63,469 bases of DNA, filler included, from Octopus bimaculoides (GCF_001194135.2; 6 parts of 6 records of this genome joined end to end with filler, not necessarily neighbours in it); one strand, 5' to 3'. Shown: positions 26,950 to 39,737, counted from the first letter of the whole stretch. Notes: generated from the sequence alone by a model not told the origin. Translations and numbers: made by a program.

Positions 26950-29890
26950 GGAACCTGAAAAGTGTCATATAACCAATCCATCGGTATTTCTACTCTTATT
27001 GGTTCCTTTTCTATGACTCTTTCCTTAAGCTGATTTCTATGTCTCCTTTCCATTCTATTTCTGCTTCTTACGCCATACATCATTCTTCCTGTGTATGCTA
27101 CCATTTCTCCTTCCCAGTACTGCTTGCCATTTTAATACATTCTTACATATACCTTATCACCGATTCTAAAGCATTTTAGCAAGTATTTTTTCTTCACTGG
27201 TAACAGTTTATCGAATACTGACTTCACCTTTCTGGCAAACATTAATTCTGTTGGTGAACTTCTTTCTGGCGCATTTGGGTTCGAAGTTACTTTAGACTTG
27301 TTGGATCACAGCCTCATCCGTAGCTTCCTTATTAGCTTTCTTTAAAGCTCTCTCGGCCCTTCCATTCGATTTAGGGTGATACGGTGCTATACTTTTATGT
27401 TTTAACGTGAACGTCTCGCAGAATCTTTTAAAATCACAGGATACATAGTTATGTTCCGTTATCAGAGACAATTATATCCGGTACACCAAATCTTGCGAAC
27501 AGCTCGTGTAAGAAGTTTATTACCCTGTATGAGGTTGGTCGTTTACACCTCGCGACCTCAGGACATTTTGTGTAGCTGTCCACTACTATTAAGTAATAAT
27601 ATTCATTTAGCGGGCCTGCAAAATTGATATGCAATCGAGACCATGTTATTTTCACTTCTGGCAAAGTTCACATTTTGTAGTAGGTAGTTTTGCTGCCAGC
27701 GTACACTCTCTGCAGCATTTTACCACATTTTCAACTTCCTTGTCGATGGTTGGCCAGTATACAAAACTTAACATCAGCACTTTCATTCTAGAGATGTCTG
27801 GGTGTCCCACATGGTACTTTTTTAGCATTCTCTTCTGTAATGTGTATGGTATGACCACCCTCTAAGCGTACACCATCACTTATAGAGTACATGCTCACAT
27901 CTTGGCGGTTCTTTGCATCAGACCTTTCTTTATTTCCTTTTGTCGACCACAGTTTTCTTTTTATCTCATTAATAAATTTGTCATTTCTCGCATTTCATTT
28001 TTTTTCTTCCAAAGTTACTGGTAGTTCACGCATGATGTTCCACATCACTTTTTTGTTTCCGTTTCGCTCTTAGCGCTGTATTTAGGTGTCATCCAGTGGT
28101 TCGTTATTTCTCGGAATTAACTTAGACAGACCATCGGCATGCCCCAACTTTTTGAAGGCAGATATTCCATTCTATAGCCGTAGTTTAATAGAATGGTACC
28201 CCGCTGCTGCAGTCTGTTTGCTGTATGTGACGGGATTTCTTTCTTGGATCTGTATATCGTTATTAGAGGTCCATGGTCCGTTTTCAACCAAAAGCGTTTG
28301 CCGTAAATGAAACTGGAACTTTTTCACACCAAATATAATAGGCAACGCCTCTTTTTCAATCTGGCTATAACTCTTTTCCGCCGGTAATAAATGCCCTTGA
28401 TGTGTGAGCTATGGCCTTTCTCCTGCCATAGTTGTCCTTGTGTAGGAGCACGGCTCCTATACCATACTCGCAAGCATCTGTAGCTAGTATTATCTCTAAC
28501 TTTGGGTCGAAATGCGTAACATACAAGTCTGAAGTTAACGCATCTTTTAACTCGTTAAATGCTTTCTGGTATTTCTTAGTCCAAACCTATTTGACATTTT
28601 TTAAAATAGTTCATTAAGTCGTGCCTTTACCTTGGGTATATTTGGGATATACACTTGGTAATAATTCACAAAGCCTAGAAATGCTTGTAGCATTGTCACG
28701 TCTGTCGGAGGCGGCATATTTCGTATTGCCGTCGCCCTTGATGGGTCAGGTCTGCGTCCACTTTCGTCGATTACTTGACCTAGGTATTTTACTTTTTTCA
28801 TCTAAAATTCGCATTTTTCTTCTGTCAGTTTTAACCCGTATTCACTCATTGTCTCGAATACTTTATGTGTTCGACGTGTTGCACTCAAGACTAGCTCTTT
28901 ATGAAAATGTCATCGAGGTATGCGATGGCAAAGTTGCATCCATTATTTGTTGGAATATGGCGGGTGCCACTTTTCCTCCAAACGGCAGTCGTCTGAACTT
29001 GTACGATCCACGGTGCGTGTTGTTAGTAGATGTGTGCAATCTTCCTCTAACCGAATTTGAAGGTACGCTTCTGAGAGGTCTAACTTCGAGAAAATTTTCC
29101 CTCCGTTTAGTTTAGCAAATACTTCTCCTGGGCTTGGTAGTGGGTAACTGTGTGTGAGTAAGCAGTCGTTTAATCCGGTTGAGAAGTCTGCGCACACTCT
29201 TGGCTTATTATATTTTTTTACATTGACCGCCGGTACTGCCCAGTCTGCAATGGCCAATCTTTTCAATTATATTCAGGCTTTCCAACCTTTCTAGTTCTTT
29301 ATTGACCTGGTCCACCGCCGCAAACGGCACTTTCCGTTTGGCCTGAAAATAGGTGTTGAATTTTCTTTGATAGCAATTCTTGCTTTTGTTCTTGTGCAAC
29401 AACTTAAACCTTCCGAACAATCTTCTGGGAAATTTTCTTTCATTTTTTTTGTCTCAGTTCATCGACCTCGTTCGATCGTTTGACTGCTCCGTTTACGTTA
29501 TTGCACAAAACGCTTATGGGTGTATCTCATAATTTAAATTTCTCCAGACATTCGGTGCCAAATAAATTCATGGATTTTTTCAACACAAACATTCACTTTT
29601 TTGGTTCGACCATTGAACATTAAATTACAAATGCGTTCACCCGTGAAATATAAGTTTCTTCCCGTCACACCATACGCTATTTTGTTTGGACTACATAATT
29701 TTGGTTTACCTATTCGTTCCCATGATTTCTCATTTATGATTGTAATGTCACTTCCCATGTCTAATTGCATTCTGACACTAGTGATTTCAAGTCTCGCATT
29801 CATGAATCTTCTGTTTGTTGTAGTCACAACTTTTCCTGCTGACAAACTACTTGTTTTTTTTTCTTGTTTGTTCCATTTTCCTGTCATTCT
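26950..29890 (-). pseudogene. pol: Disrupted Gypsy pol (protease-RT-RNase H-integrase)
   Basis: Motif-bearing ORF pieces 29534-29887, 28943-29266, 28601-28801, 27652-27858, 27449-27664 and 26889-27104. Confidence 0.9.
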
Positions 29891-30760
29891 AGTTTTGCAG
29901 TTCGATTTTATATGTCCTCTAAATCCGCAGCGAAAACACTTCGCTTTTTTATATGGACAATCTTTTTTTCAGGTGCATCCCACACATACCATACATGGGT
30001 CTACATCCCGATATTTTTTCTGCCTCACTTTATTTGTCTTACAACTTTTTTGCCCTGGTCATATGTGAAAACACTCTTACCGTTGAATTTCTTCCGTGTC
30101 ATGCCTTAATTTTACTATCATGTCACTCTTCCGATAGTTTCTGCAATGTCAAATCCTGATTCACTTCCAGTTTTGCTAGAATTTTCGTTCGGATTTCTGC
30201 ATCCCTTCTATCTGTCACTCCTTGTGCAAAAATCAAACACTTTAAAGAATCTGGAGTAAGCATATCGAGCCTAAATCTCTCACATTTTTTGTTGATTCTG
30301 CCTGTCTAAGTAGTGAAGTCTTCGTCTTCACTCTTTTCTATATTTAAACATTTTCATTTAGTATAAAACTGAGTTTTTTCACTAAAGATTTTGCACAAAA
30401 TGTCAAATGTGTCAGTGAAATTTATGTTGGACGCTTTTTCTGGTAATATGAAGTTACTATACTTTTCATGCTCTGCTGCTGTCGCTAGTTTTCTTAAAAC
30501 TAAACGCGTTTTCATTTCGTCCGTCCAATCTTGACATTCTTTTTCAAAAAGTTGTTCAAATCTTCGAAAGTAAGCCTCGAAGGTTACTTCTTCTTCGAGG
30601 TCATATTTGAATTCGCTTATGAAATTTGCTACATAGTCAAGCGAAAATGTATTCTCCGGTTTTATTACCAACTTCATAAGTTGTAACATTTGCTGCTGCA
30701 ATCCTTGTTGCTATTGTTCTTTGAGTTGTTGTTGCTGTTTTTGCAACTGAACTACCCCAG
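29880..30760 (-). pseudogene. gag: Disrupted Gypsy gag with two CCHC-type zinc knuckles
   Basis: FEAYFRRFEQLF...FTDTFDIL (30354-30701) and CFRCGFRGHIKSNC near 29895-29940. Confidence 0.85.
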
Positions 30761-30908
30761 CTAACGGTTTTTCATATTTTATGATTTTCGTAAGTTTGTG
30801 CAACAAAATTTTTGTTTCTCTTTTGTCGAGTTATTTAATTTTCCGCGTGGATTAGTTTAAACTCTCTGTGTGAATGTTTTTCTTTTCACTCCGTGTAAAT
30901 TTGTTTTC

Positions 30909-30919
30909 CCTCGTCGCCA
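30909..30919 (-). promoter_or_regulatory. Primer-binding site TGGCGACGAGG (complementary to the tRNA-Ser(GCU) 3' end)
   Basis: Lies 1 nt inside the 5' LTR end (..caca-aca g TGGCGACGAGG); tRNA-Ser(GCU) ends ..CCUCGUCGCCA. Confidence 0.85.
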
Positions 30920-30920
30920 C

Positions 30921-31130
30921 TGTTGTGAAGTGTGACAGCTGTTGTACTGTAGCTGCTGTTTTACGCTAGTTGCCACAATAGTAATCGGATACCATTGTAT
31001 TTCTTCGTACCGGAATAGTAATGTACTAACTTCTGTCTTACTATCTCTTGACGACCGGCTACTAGTCTATTTATAATGGTATTTATAATACTACTTTTTA
31101 CCGGGATGGGGTATACAATTTAGCTATACA
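30921..31130 (-). repeat. 5' LTR of the Gypsy element
   Basis: TG...CA termini, TATA-like tataaatag, adjacent PBS. Confidence 0.85.
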
Positions 31131-31217
31131 ACACTGCCTACTTACCTACCTACCTACCTACCTACCTACCTGCCTGCCTGCCTGCCTGCCTGCCTGCNNN
31201 NNNNNNNGTCTGTCTGC

Positions 31218-31257
<40 letters not shown>

Positions 31258-31272
31258 TTGTCTGTTTGTCTG

Positions 31273-31327
<55 letters not shown>

Positions 31328-31565
31328 GCTCTATTTTTCTGTCTCTTTCCAACACATAAATAAATATACGAATGTCTTTATTTAATATATACGTACATTC
31401 ATATATGTCTCTGATAAAATACTATCTGACTGTTTTCCCACCTCATGTACAATGAGAAGGTTGCAGTAATACAAATACAAACACAGATAATACATACACA
31501 TCTCCATAAATTTGCTTGCTTCTCTTGTCTTTTCCCTCTCAAACCTTTAGTAGATCTATCCTATG

Positions 31566-31734
31566 CATTAGCGTAGCTAGAGTGTGTGCCGCCCGGGGCA
31601 GCTCATCAATTTTCCGCCTCTGGACCACCACAAAAAATACATATTGCTTACAGCAGACCCAAAAGCAGTGCTGTCCCATAAAAGTTCCGCCCAGAGCGGA
31701 CTACCCCCTCCGCCCCCTTCTAGCTACACTAGTG
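31566..31734. mobile_element. GC-rich hAT-type MITE (169 bp)
   Basis: 15-bp TIRs cattagcgtagctag / ctagctacactagtg (13/15); 8-bp TSD atcctatg / atcctagg. Confidence 0.75.
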
Positions 31735-32070
31735 ATCCTAGGTTTTGTTTCATAGTTGCCTCGAATACTTTAGACCAATGGTTCTTAACCTTGTTACTAC
31801 CACGCCTCTTCTCGGAATTTGTCCTTCTCTCCACGCCCCCTTGCATCTATGAATAAAATTCCCTCCCAGATTTTAAATAAAATTTAAAATATGTTTTTAA
31901 TCTTTTTATTGAATGTGAATTAGTCACATTATACAAAATATATGTAATTTTATATATAATTACATTATACAAAAAGTGAGATACTTGACACTGCTTCTTA
32001 GCAAAAAAAAAAAAAAAAANNNNNNNNNNAAAAAAAAAAAAAAAAAATTGAATATGAATTAGTCACATTA

Positions 32071-33835
32071 TTAGCGAGATACTTGACACTGCTTCTTAGC
32101 TACAAGATCTTGAATGAGTGGTTGAATGCCAGAGAGTGCACAACGTAAGTACCTTTCAACGCTCAGCCTGTTTCTGTACTTGGTCTTGACAGCAACGAGC
32201 GTGGAAAATACAGCTTCACAAAGATATGTGGATCTAAACATAGCTAAAACCCGAAGAGTCTGATATGAAATCAGAAGATAAACAGGAAGGTACTTGATCC
32301 AGAACGTTTCAAGATCCAGTTCTTTGAAGTCTTCCTTAGCTGGAGAGTTAAACTTCAGCTCAAGAAACTCCTCTTGCACTTCATCCAAAACATTAGTCAC
32401 TTCACACTGAAATGGGTTCCTGATGAATTTCCAAGCTTCGCGTTTTTCATCTATATCTGGGACGTATCTGATGAATTCTGTTTTCAAGTCAGTTAGATGA
32501 GTGATTATTTGTTTCTTTAACTTAGAATCAAGGTTACCGTGAATGAAAGTAGAATTCAAGTAACTAAAACTGACTGTATTTCCCTGATGAATTCAACATT
32601 TCCAGAGGTCGAGTTTGGCCATGAAGGTTCGAATGATGCTGTTGTGTGTGAGAATGTTGATGTTTTCCCCTTGTAGTTTAAAGTCGAGAGCATTCAACGC
32701 TTCAAAGATGTCCACCAGGTAAGTTAAAGATAGTTTAAAGCCTTCAAACTAGAACTTGTCATGGAGATCTGCCTTCTGCTACAAATCTAGAAATATTGCT
32801 ACTTCTTCTCGTAGTTCATAAAACAGTCCAAGCATGTTCCCCTTGATAGCCATCGTACGTTCGTGTGAAAAAGCAATGCTTCATGTTCAGATTCCATATC
32901 ATTACACAACAGTTTGAAAAGACGACTGTTTAAGGCTTCACCTTTAACAAAGTTGACAACCTTAATAGCCACGTTCAGGACATTTCTCATTTCAGTCGGT
33001 AAGGTTCTGGATGCTAAGGCTTCACGATGAAGTATGCAGTGTGTACCTACAACAGATAGATTTTTCTTTCACCCTAGTAATGAATCTAGACTGCAGACCA
33101 AGCATGGCTGGAGCTCCATCAGTGCAAACCGCTACCAGCAAATCCCATGAAAGTTGGTTTTCCTGAAAGAAGTTTGATACGTCACGAAGAATAGGGTGAT
33201 AGAACAACATTTCTTCTTTTACACAGTTGCCTGACACAAAACGAGCATATACCAGTCGCTGAGAACACTGAGCGATGTCAGTCATTTCGTCACACTGAAT
33301 GGCAAAAACAGGAGAATTTGATCTTTGATGTCTTGAGACAAATCGTCGATCCTTCCCTTGACTGTATCGTTTGATAGTGAAATATGGGAAAGCTTGTTCG
33401 CAATATCTTTCCCCAGGACGAGTTCTGCTGCACGGAGTAGACTTAGTTTTATGAGAGACTCTCCGATGTAATGACTCTTCTTGCTCTTTGTAATCAACAT
33501 GGCGATCTCATAAGAAGCCTGAACAACCATTTAAGTTTGTTGCCGAAATGCCCCAATACCGTCCAACTTAGCTTGCTTCAAGGAATGTCTTTTTGTTTCA
33601 AAGAATACCTTGGGCTTGTCTGCAAGAGCAGGACGTGTTGTCCTCAAGTGGCGTTCCAAGCGTGAGGGTCGCATTCCATAATTTCTCGAAGTTTTGTAAC
33701 ATATCACACTCTGGGGGACTTCTGTGTCACCCTTTGGAGGGGAAGGAATCTAAATCGAATATATTCAAGATACTTCCGTTTCTTTGCACTCATTGCGAAT
33801 TATTTGATGTGCAGTGGACAACACATATATGAACA
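32071..33835 (-). pseudogene. Disrupted hAT (Buster/ZBED5/ZBED8-like) transposase
   Basis: SYEIAMLI..SHYIGESLIK, SLSNDTVKGRI, CTDGAPAM, HREAL, LLFHTNVRWLSRG, TYLCEAVFS; split over several frames. Confidence 0.9.
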
Positions 33836-34280
33836 AAAGATAAGGCACGTGTAAGATAATGTCAAGGCCCAAGTTAGAACGCTTAGCGTAAAAAGTTCTG
33901 GAAAAGAATTAAAACAAAAGAATTTGGAATAAAAGTTAAATTAAAAGAAAATTTATACGAAAAATGTGTACAATGAAGAAAAATATTGTATTGTACGAAA
34001 ATATAAAAAAGTTTCTTTAAAAAGAAATGATTTTGCATAGGTTTCAGTTTGCCTAGTACTTTCTATAATATTTAAATCCTAATTTTAGTTTAACATTTGG
34101 CTTTATATTATAATTTAANNNNNNNNNNNNNNNNNNNNNNNNNNNNNNNNNNNNNNNNNNNNNNNNNNNNNNNNNNNNNNNNNNNNNNNNNNNNNNNNNN
34201 NNNNNNNNNNNNNNNNNNNNNNNNNNNNNNNNNNNNNNNNNNNNNNNNNNNNNNNNNNNNNNNNNNNNNNNNNNNNNNNA

Positions 34281-35142
34281 TACGAGGGGTGTCTGAAAAG
34301 TTTTGAGCCTAACCTAGAATCGGGGCTGCTATATAGTTGAAACAAATTTTTCTGGTAAGTACAGTCTTTTCGGAGTATTCTTGCTCATTTTCATAATTCT
34401 GATATTTTAATTTTTTTTTGTTGCAGATTTTTGAATAAACAAGATTCGAATTTACAAGGAAAATGGAGAAAACTGAGTATCGTGCTGTCATAAAGTACCT
34501 TCATTTGAAAGGCATGGCTCCATCAGAAATCCATGAAGATATGGTGAGAACCTTAACAGACAATGCTTCTTCATATGCAACAGTCAAACGCTGGGTAAAT
34601 GAATTCAAGCGTGGCAGGGAGAGTGTGGAAGATGATCCAAGACTAGGGAGACCTCCAACTGCAACCACCAAGGACAACCTTGACCTTGCTCTTGGTATGA
34701 TAATGTAAGATCGCCAAATATCATGTCGTCAGATAGCCGAGAGAGTGGGCATCTCAAATGAAAGAGTAGACAACATTGTGACAAAAGAACTTGGGTTCTC
34801 AAAGGATTCTGCAAGGTGGGTCCCTCGCCTTTTGACTTCTGAACAGAAGCGTACCAGGTGCACTTTGTCCACAAGCAATCTGGAACTGTTTGAAGCCGAT
34901 GAAGAGAATTTTCTTGCTTGTTTCATTACTATGGACGAAAGATGGGTTCATCACTACCAGCCTGAAACAAAAAAAAAAACAATCAAAGCAGTGGAAGCAC
35001 ACATCTTCTCCTACCCCAAAGAAAGCCATGGTCATTCCTTCAGCTGGCAAGGTCATGGCGTCCGTTTTTTTGGATTCTCAAGGTGTCTTGCTGATCGATT
35101 ACCTTGAAAAGGGTCACACCGTGACAAGGCTGTATTATTCTC
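34281..35142 (+). mobile_element. Mariner transposon (irritans-like), 3' end in gap
   Basis: TA followed by TIR cgaggggtgtctgaaaagttttgagcc. Transposase from ATG 34463 (MEKTEYRAVIKY..GRP..WVPRLLT..MDERWVHHY..GKVMASVF) with a TAA at 34706 and a frameshift in the A11 run 34969-34979. Confidence 0.93.
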
Positions 35143-35758
35143 NNNNNNNNNNNNNNNNNNNNNNNNNNNNNNNNNNNNNNNNNNNNNNNNNNNNNNNNNN
35201 NNNNNNNNNNNNNNNNNNNNNNNNNNNNNNNNNNNNNNNNNNNNNNNNNNNNNNNNNNNNNNNNNNNNNNNNNNNNNNNNNNNNNNNNNNNNNNNNNNNN
35301 NNNNNNNNNNNNNNNNNNNNNNNNNNNNNNNNNNNNNNNNNNNNNNNNNNNNNNNNNNNNNNNNNNNNNNNNNNNNNNNNNNNNNNNNNNNNNNNNNNNN
35401 NNNNNNNNNNNNNNNNNNNNNNNNNNNNNNNNNNNNNNNNNNNNNNNNNNNNNNNNNNNNNNNNNNNNNNNNNNNNNNNNNNNNNNNNNNNNNNNNNNNN
35501 NNNNNNNNNNNNNNNNNNNNNNNNNNNNNNNNNNNNNNNNNNNNNNNNNNNNNNNNNNNNNNNNNNNNNNNNNNNTTAAATTAAATTAATATTTCTTAGT
35601 ATGTTGCTATAATGATTTGATGATATTTCAGCATGTCTCTTGATGTTTAAGAATCACATTATTTCATATATATGAAAACTGTGGATCAAACTTGTTTATA
35701 ACCTATTAAGTGAAAAAGATGTTTGTCTTTACACGATAATAATATCCAAGCTTTAAAC

Positions 35759-36083
35759 CAGTGGTTTTTAACCTGAGTCTTGTAACAAAAGCATTTACAA
35801 AATAATGGCAAATGTTAAAGCTACAATTCAGATTTAGCGAGAGTTTTGAAGGATATAAAGGGTGGGAGGTCAATAAGTACAGAAAATGGTAAGTGGCGCT
35901 AAGATGGTTGAATAAGAAAACTAAAGGTATAAGGCGATACTTTTGCATTTTTTCATAAACTTCTCATTATTTGACCATGCTCTCGTTAAGAGAATAACAA
36001 ATATTATTAGAGAAATTCCTGCTTTTTCTCAAGGGCTCGCGTCCCCTTGGAAATTAGTGACGCTCCCAGGTTAAGAACCACTG
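35759..36083. mobile_element. 325-bp hAT MITE-like unit forming the right end of the Buster element
   Basis: Internal TIR cagtggtttttaacctg preceded by ctttaaac; pairs 16/17 with the TIR at 36067-36083. Confidence 0.6.
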
Positions 36084-36678
36084 CTTTAGACTGTTCTTTA
36101 CATAGTTGTTTCGTTCTCTGTCTGTCTGATTCTCTCTCACACTCTAAAATACAAACACGTATGTGTATTTATTTTATTTTAGAAAAGAAAAAAGACAGAT
36201 TAACTGATGCGGCTTTCGGTGCACTCTACCTACGAAAGCAACGAGATTGTCGCGGTTGCAGTACATATATCGGTTCACACTCATACATACATACAATATA
36301 TATATATATATANNNNNNNNNNNNNNNNNNNNNNNNNNNNNNNNNNNNNNNNNNNNNNNNNNNNNNNNNNNNNNNNNNNNNNNNNNNNNNNNNNNNNNNN
36401 NNNNNNNNNNNNCACACACACATACACACACTTGAAATGCAAATATTTGAAATGTAGGTGCTCTAAATGATTTACGACTCTACTTTGTACTGACATACAC
36501 AACCAGCTCCAGTCACCACCACCACCAATGCCGCCGCTTCCACACACATAGCATCATAAAATGTAGTTAATGAGTTATGAACTTATTCAGTATACGACAT
36601 GAAAACGCCTAATTCTGCGTTTCGTTGATCCGCTATATTTTCGAACTTAACAGCAACTGATTTAGTAGGTTTTACACA

Positions 36679-36774
<96 letters not shown>

Positions 36775-36992
36775 CACACACACACACATTTTATTGGGGA
36801 CTCATCAATCTATTGTAATGGCTCAGTAAATCTATATGGATGAACAACGGTCCCATAATTCTGCACAGATAAAATGTGGAGGTAAATTTATTGGTATGGG
36901 GAACGACTAAATTTGGATAGAACATTTCGTTCAGGTTTTGTGTTGACACCAAATGCATAAATTGAAGATAGACAAACAGACAGGCAGATAGA

Positions 36993-37077
<85 letters not shown>

Positions 37078-37185
37078 NNNNNNNNNNNNNNNNNNNNNNN
37101 NNNNNNNNNNNNNNNNNNNNNNNNNNNNNNNNNNNNNNNNNNNNNNNNNNNNNNNNNNNNNNNNNNNNNNNNNNNNNNNNNNNNN

Positions 37186-37231
<46 letters not shown>

Positions 37232-38175
37232 AATGAAATTTACTATCAGACAAATATAACTTAATGACGAAGGGTACAACCCGCAGTATCCCACATCTCT
37301 ACTGCATGCTGATGTACTCCTCAGTTTGTGCTCTTTTTCTACACAAACCATCACAAACGATTCCATTCCCTTGGATCTTATTGTTTGTCATAAGTCTTTA
37401 AAAGTGTCTCCGTAAACTCTCTATTTAACTGTCTATACACTATGGCAGTCATAATCTAAATATATGTTGTAGTGACCCCTAAATCTACATTTGTAAGTAG
37501 TAAATGTAAACCCATGTAAATCTCACTCTTGATTCCGCTTACTCTGTAACAGCGATGACAAATAGATTTACATAGAGAAAAACATATTTTACTAGAAGTT
37601 GAAGCTTTTTGAGTGGCTTTTGATGTGTCGATTATTCAAATTTTGAAGAGGTGAAACGAGAATATTAGAAAATACATTGGTCATGTAGATTTGATTAATC
37701 GTTAAAAAGAAAAAAATAAACATTCACGCATCTATCTATTTAATTGTCATAAGCAGAATATATCGTGTTTCATTTTTCACATGCAAAACACGTGATATTT
37801 TCATGTTTTCAATATCACTTGCGTGAAATACACAAAAGCAAAGAAGGTGGCTACTGTTAATGCAGTTTTAGTGTTGATGAATAAAACTGAATATTGTTTT
37901 CAATATGAACATCCTCCAGGCTATGACAAATTATATTAAAATTAAGCTATTTTTGCCTCTTGGTATTTGAAAGGATCTCAATAAATATCAGTGTAAATGT
38001 CTTCACAATTTCACCAATTCCGACCTTTTCTTCAAAATTTCGAAAGGCTGTAAAAGGATTTTATACTTCTTCGAGAAATAAAGATCTCAGCATTTAGAAC
38101 TATTAATATAGGGTGCGTTGAGTGTAGTTCTCTAAATCTAAAGCACTAACCCTAGAAATCTAAATTTAAATAGTT

Positions 38176-38864
38176 TGGATCTAGTTCAAAACGGGGGCAC
38201 CAGTTTTCATTTATGTTTTATGTAGTGTTTTTGGTACCGAAAGACTTTCAAACTTCGTATACTTATCTATTTTGTGTTATAGAACAGAAAAAAATTTTTG
38301 TATTCGAATTAATTTCATGTAAAAAATTGTCTTATTTCGATAATTTCAACCAATCACTGACAAGTATTCAGCTGTTTACAGTTACTCCTTTGGCAGTTTA
38401 AGCGGTGTAAAGCGTATTTAATCTCCATTACTTCTGACATTTTGCAGAGAGGCAACACACGTGTGTTCGTTTTCCCTAACCCTAACCCTAACCCTAACCC
38501 TAATTGACTTGCTCCTTCCCTCAAAAACCAGGCCTTGTGCCTATAATAGAAAGCTTTATTAGCTACTACCAATATGCTTCAGCCATTTTTTGACAAGGAA
38601 ATAATAATTTTATCACCGCCAGAATCGTTTGAGAATCGTTTGTTTACGTAGTCAGCACTTAATGTATTCGGTTGAATGAACGTCAGTCATTGGTTGAAAT
38701 TACAGAAATACGACAACTTTAACATGAAATAAATTGCAATATAATAATTTTTCTTAAGAAGACTAAGAGAAAAAGATGTTTTATATGACACATTCTACCA
38801 GTGTCCCAAGTTTCAAAGTGTTTCGTTAAGAAAATACTGGTGCCCCCGTTTTGAACTAGATCCA
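38176..38864. mobile_element. Non-autonomous DNA transposon/MITE with perfect 29-bp TIRs, superfamily unassigned
   Basis: tggatctagttcaaaacgggggcaccagt (38176-38204) and its exact reverse complement (38836-38864); flanked by gtt on both sides; contains (CCCTAA)4 and a SINE A tail. Confidence 0.8.
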
Positions 38865-39164
38865 GTTTTTATAGCTAGGTAATCTATCAATAACCTTAAA
38901 ATTATTAGTTTTCTTCATTTCTGGTTCTTCAGTTTCCTTTCACTTAAATGCTTTTTATACCTTATCTAAATTTCTGTAGCGCTCTCTCCCTCTCCCTCTT
39001 CCTCCTTTCTTTCTATATTTATATTAAACAGTATTAAACATACATAATATACACGCACACACACACATTATAGTGACTTCCTGCATAAATCGACTTGTAT
39101 GTGTGCATGGGTATATGCAAGTATATCTTTTGTTTCAACGTTTTTCATAGAAGCTGCCCCTCCT

Positions 39165-39737
39165 ATCCTACACAGAGCCACCCTTCACTCCTTGTCTCTC
39201 ATTCCAATGGCTGTAAGCATCCTTCATGCCGACTGAGCAGGGAAATTCCCTACAGCCATCCTCGACTACGAAAAGCCATACCTGCCATCTCTTCTTCCTA
39301 AAATCCTGCTGAAGGCTCTCATATCTGGCACGCTTCCGTTCATGGTCTACATCACACTCTTCTTCCCACGGGATTGTGAGTTCAATTACAATAATTTTCA
39401 TGGTCTTTTCAGACCACAGGACCAAATCTGACCTCAGGGTTGTATGGACGACTTGGGGAAACTGTAATCTCTCCTTGAGTCCACTTTCATATCTCATGGT
39501 TGAGATCCATGCTGCAAGATATGTATTGTTTTGCTGACTTTGCAGGCTTTTCTCCCCTTTTCACGACCTTAATTACTGCTGTTGTCTTCCCCTGGTGATG
39601 AAGCTTCTAGCACCTTTCCTGCTCCAAGGTTTGAGCAAGTGTGGCAAGCGCCCTATTATGGTGCCATTTATAGCTGCCTTGCGATGTGCTATTCTGCATC
39701 CAGCCAAGATGTGTGTCAGAGTGCCCCTTTCTCCACA
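39165..39737 (-). mobile_element. 5'-truncated RLE-type non-LTR retrotransposon (HERO-like) fragment
   Basis: CGERGTLTHILAGC (end of the CCHC knuckle) and LRSDLVLWS..IELTIPWEE..HERKRARY..VEDGCREF (PD-(D/E)xK RLE domain). Confidence 0.85.

Larger units (their letters stand above)
26512..31130 (-). mobile_element. Ty3/Gypsy LTR retrotransposon (Mag-like), near full length, degenerate
   Basis: LTRs 30921-31130 and 26512-26792; PBS 30909-30919; PPT aaaagggaaga 26793-26803. Domain order gag, CCHC (CFRCGFRGHIKSNC), PR (LDMGSD), RT (CADFSTGLN, YLDD), RNase H (DACEYGIG, YSQIEKEAL), IN (HHCC; VDSYTK, SDNGT). Many stops and frameshifts. Confidence 0.93.
31776..36083 (-). mobile_element. hAT transposon, Buster/Charlie type, with nested mariner
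   Basis: TIRs caatggttcttaacct (31776) and aggttaagaaccactg (to 36083); perfect 8-bp TSD CTTTAGAC at 31768-31775 and 36084-36091 (central TA, as is typical of Buster). Confidence 0.88.

Noticed and set aside
37252-37320. Minus-strand peptide AVEMWDTAG resembling a small-GTPase G3 box (37279-37293)
   Set aside because: In-frame TGA about 9 codons upstream and TAA 5 codons downstream, no polypyrimidine tract or good donor, and no other G boxes nearby; most likely chance.
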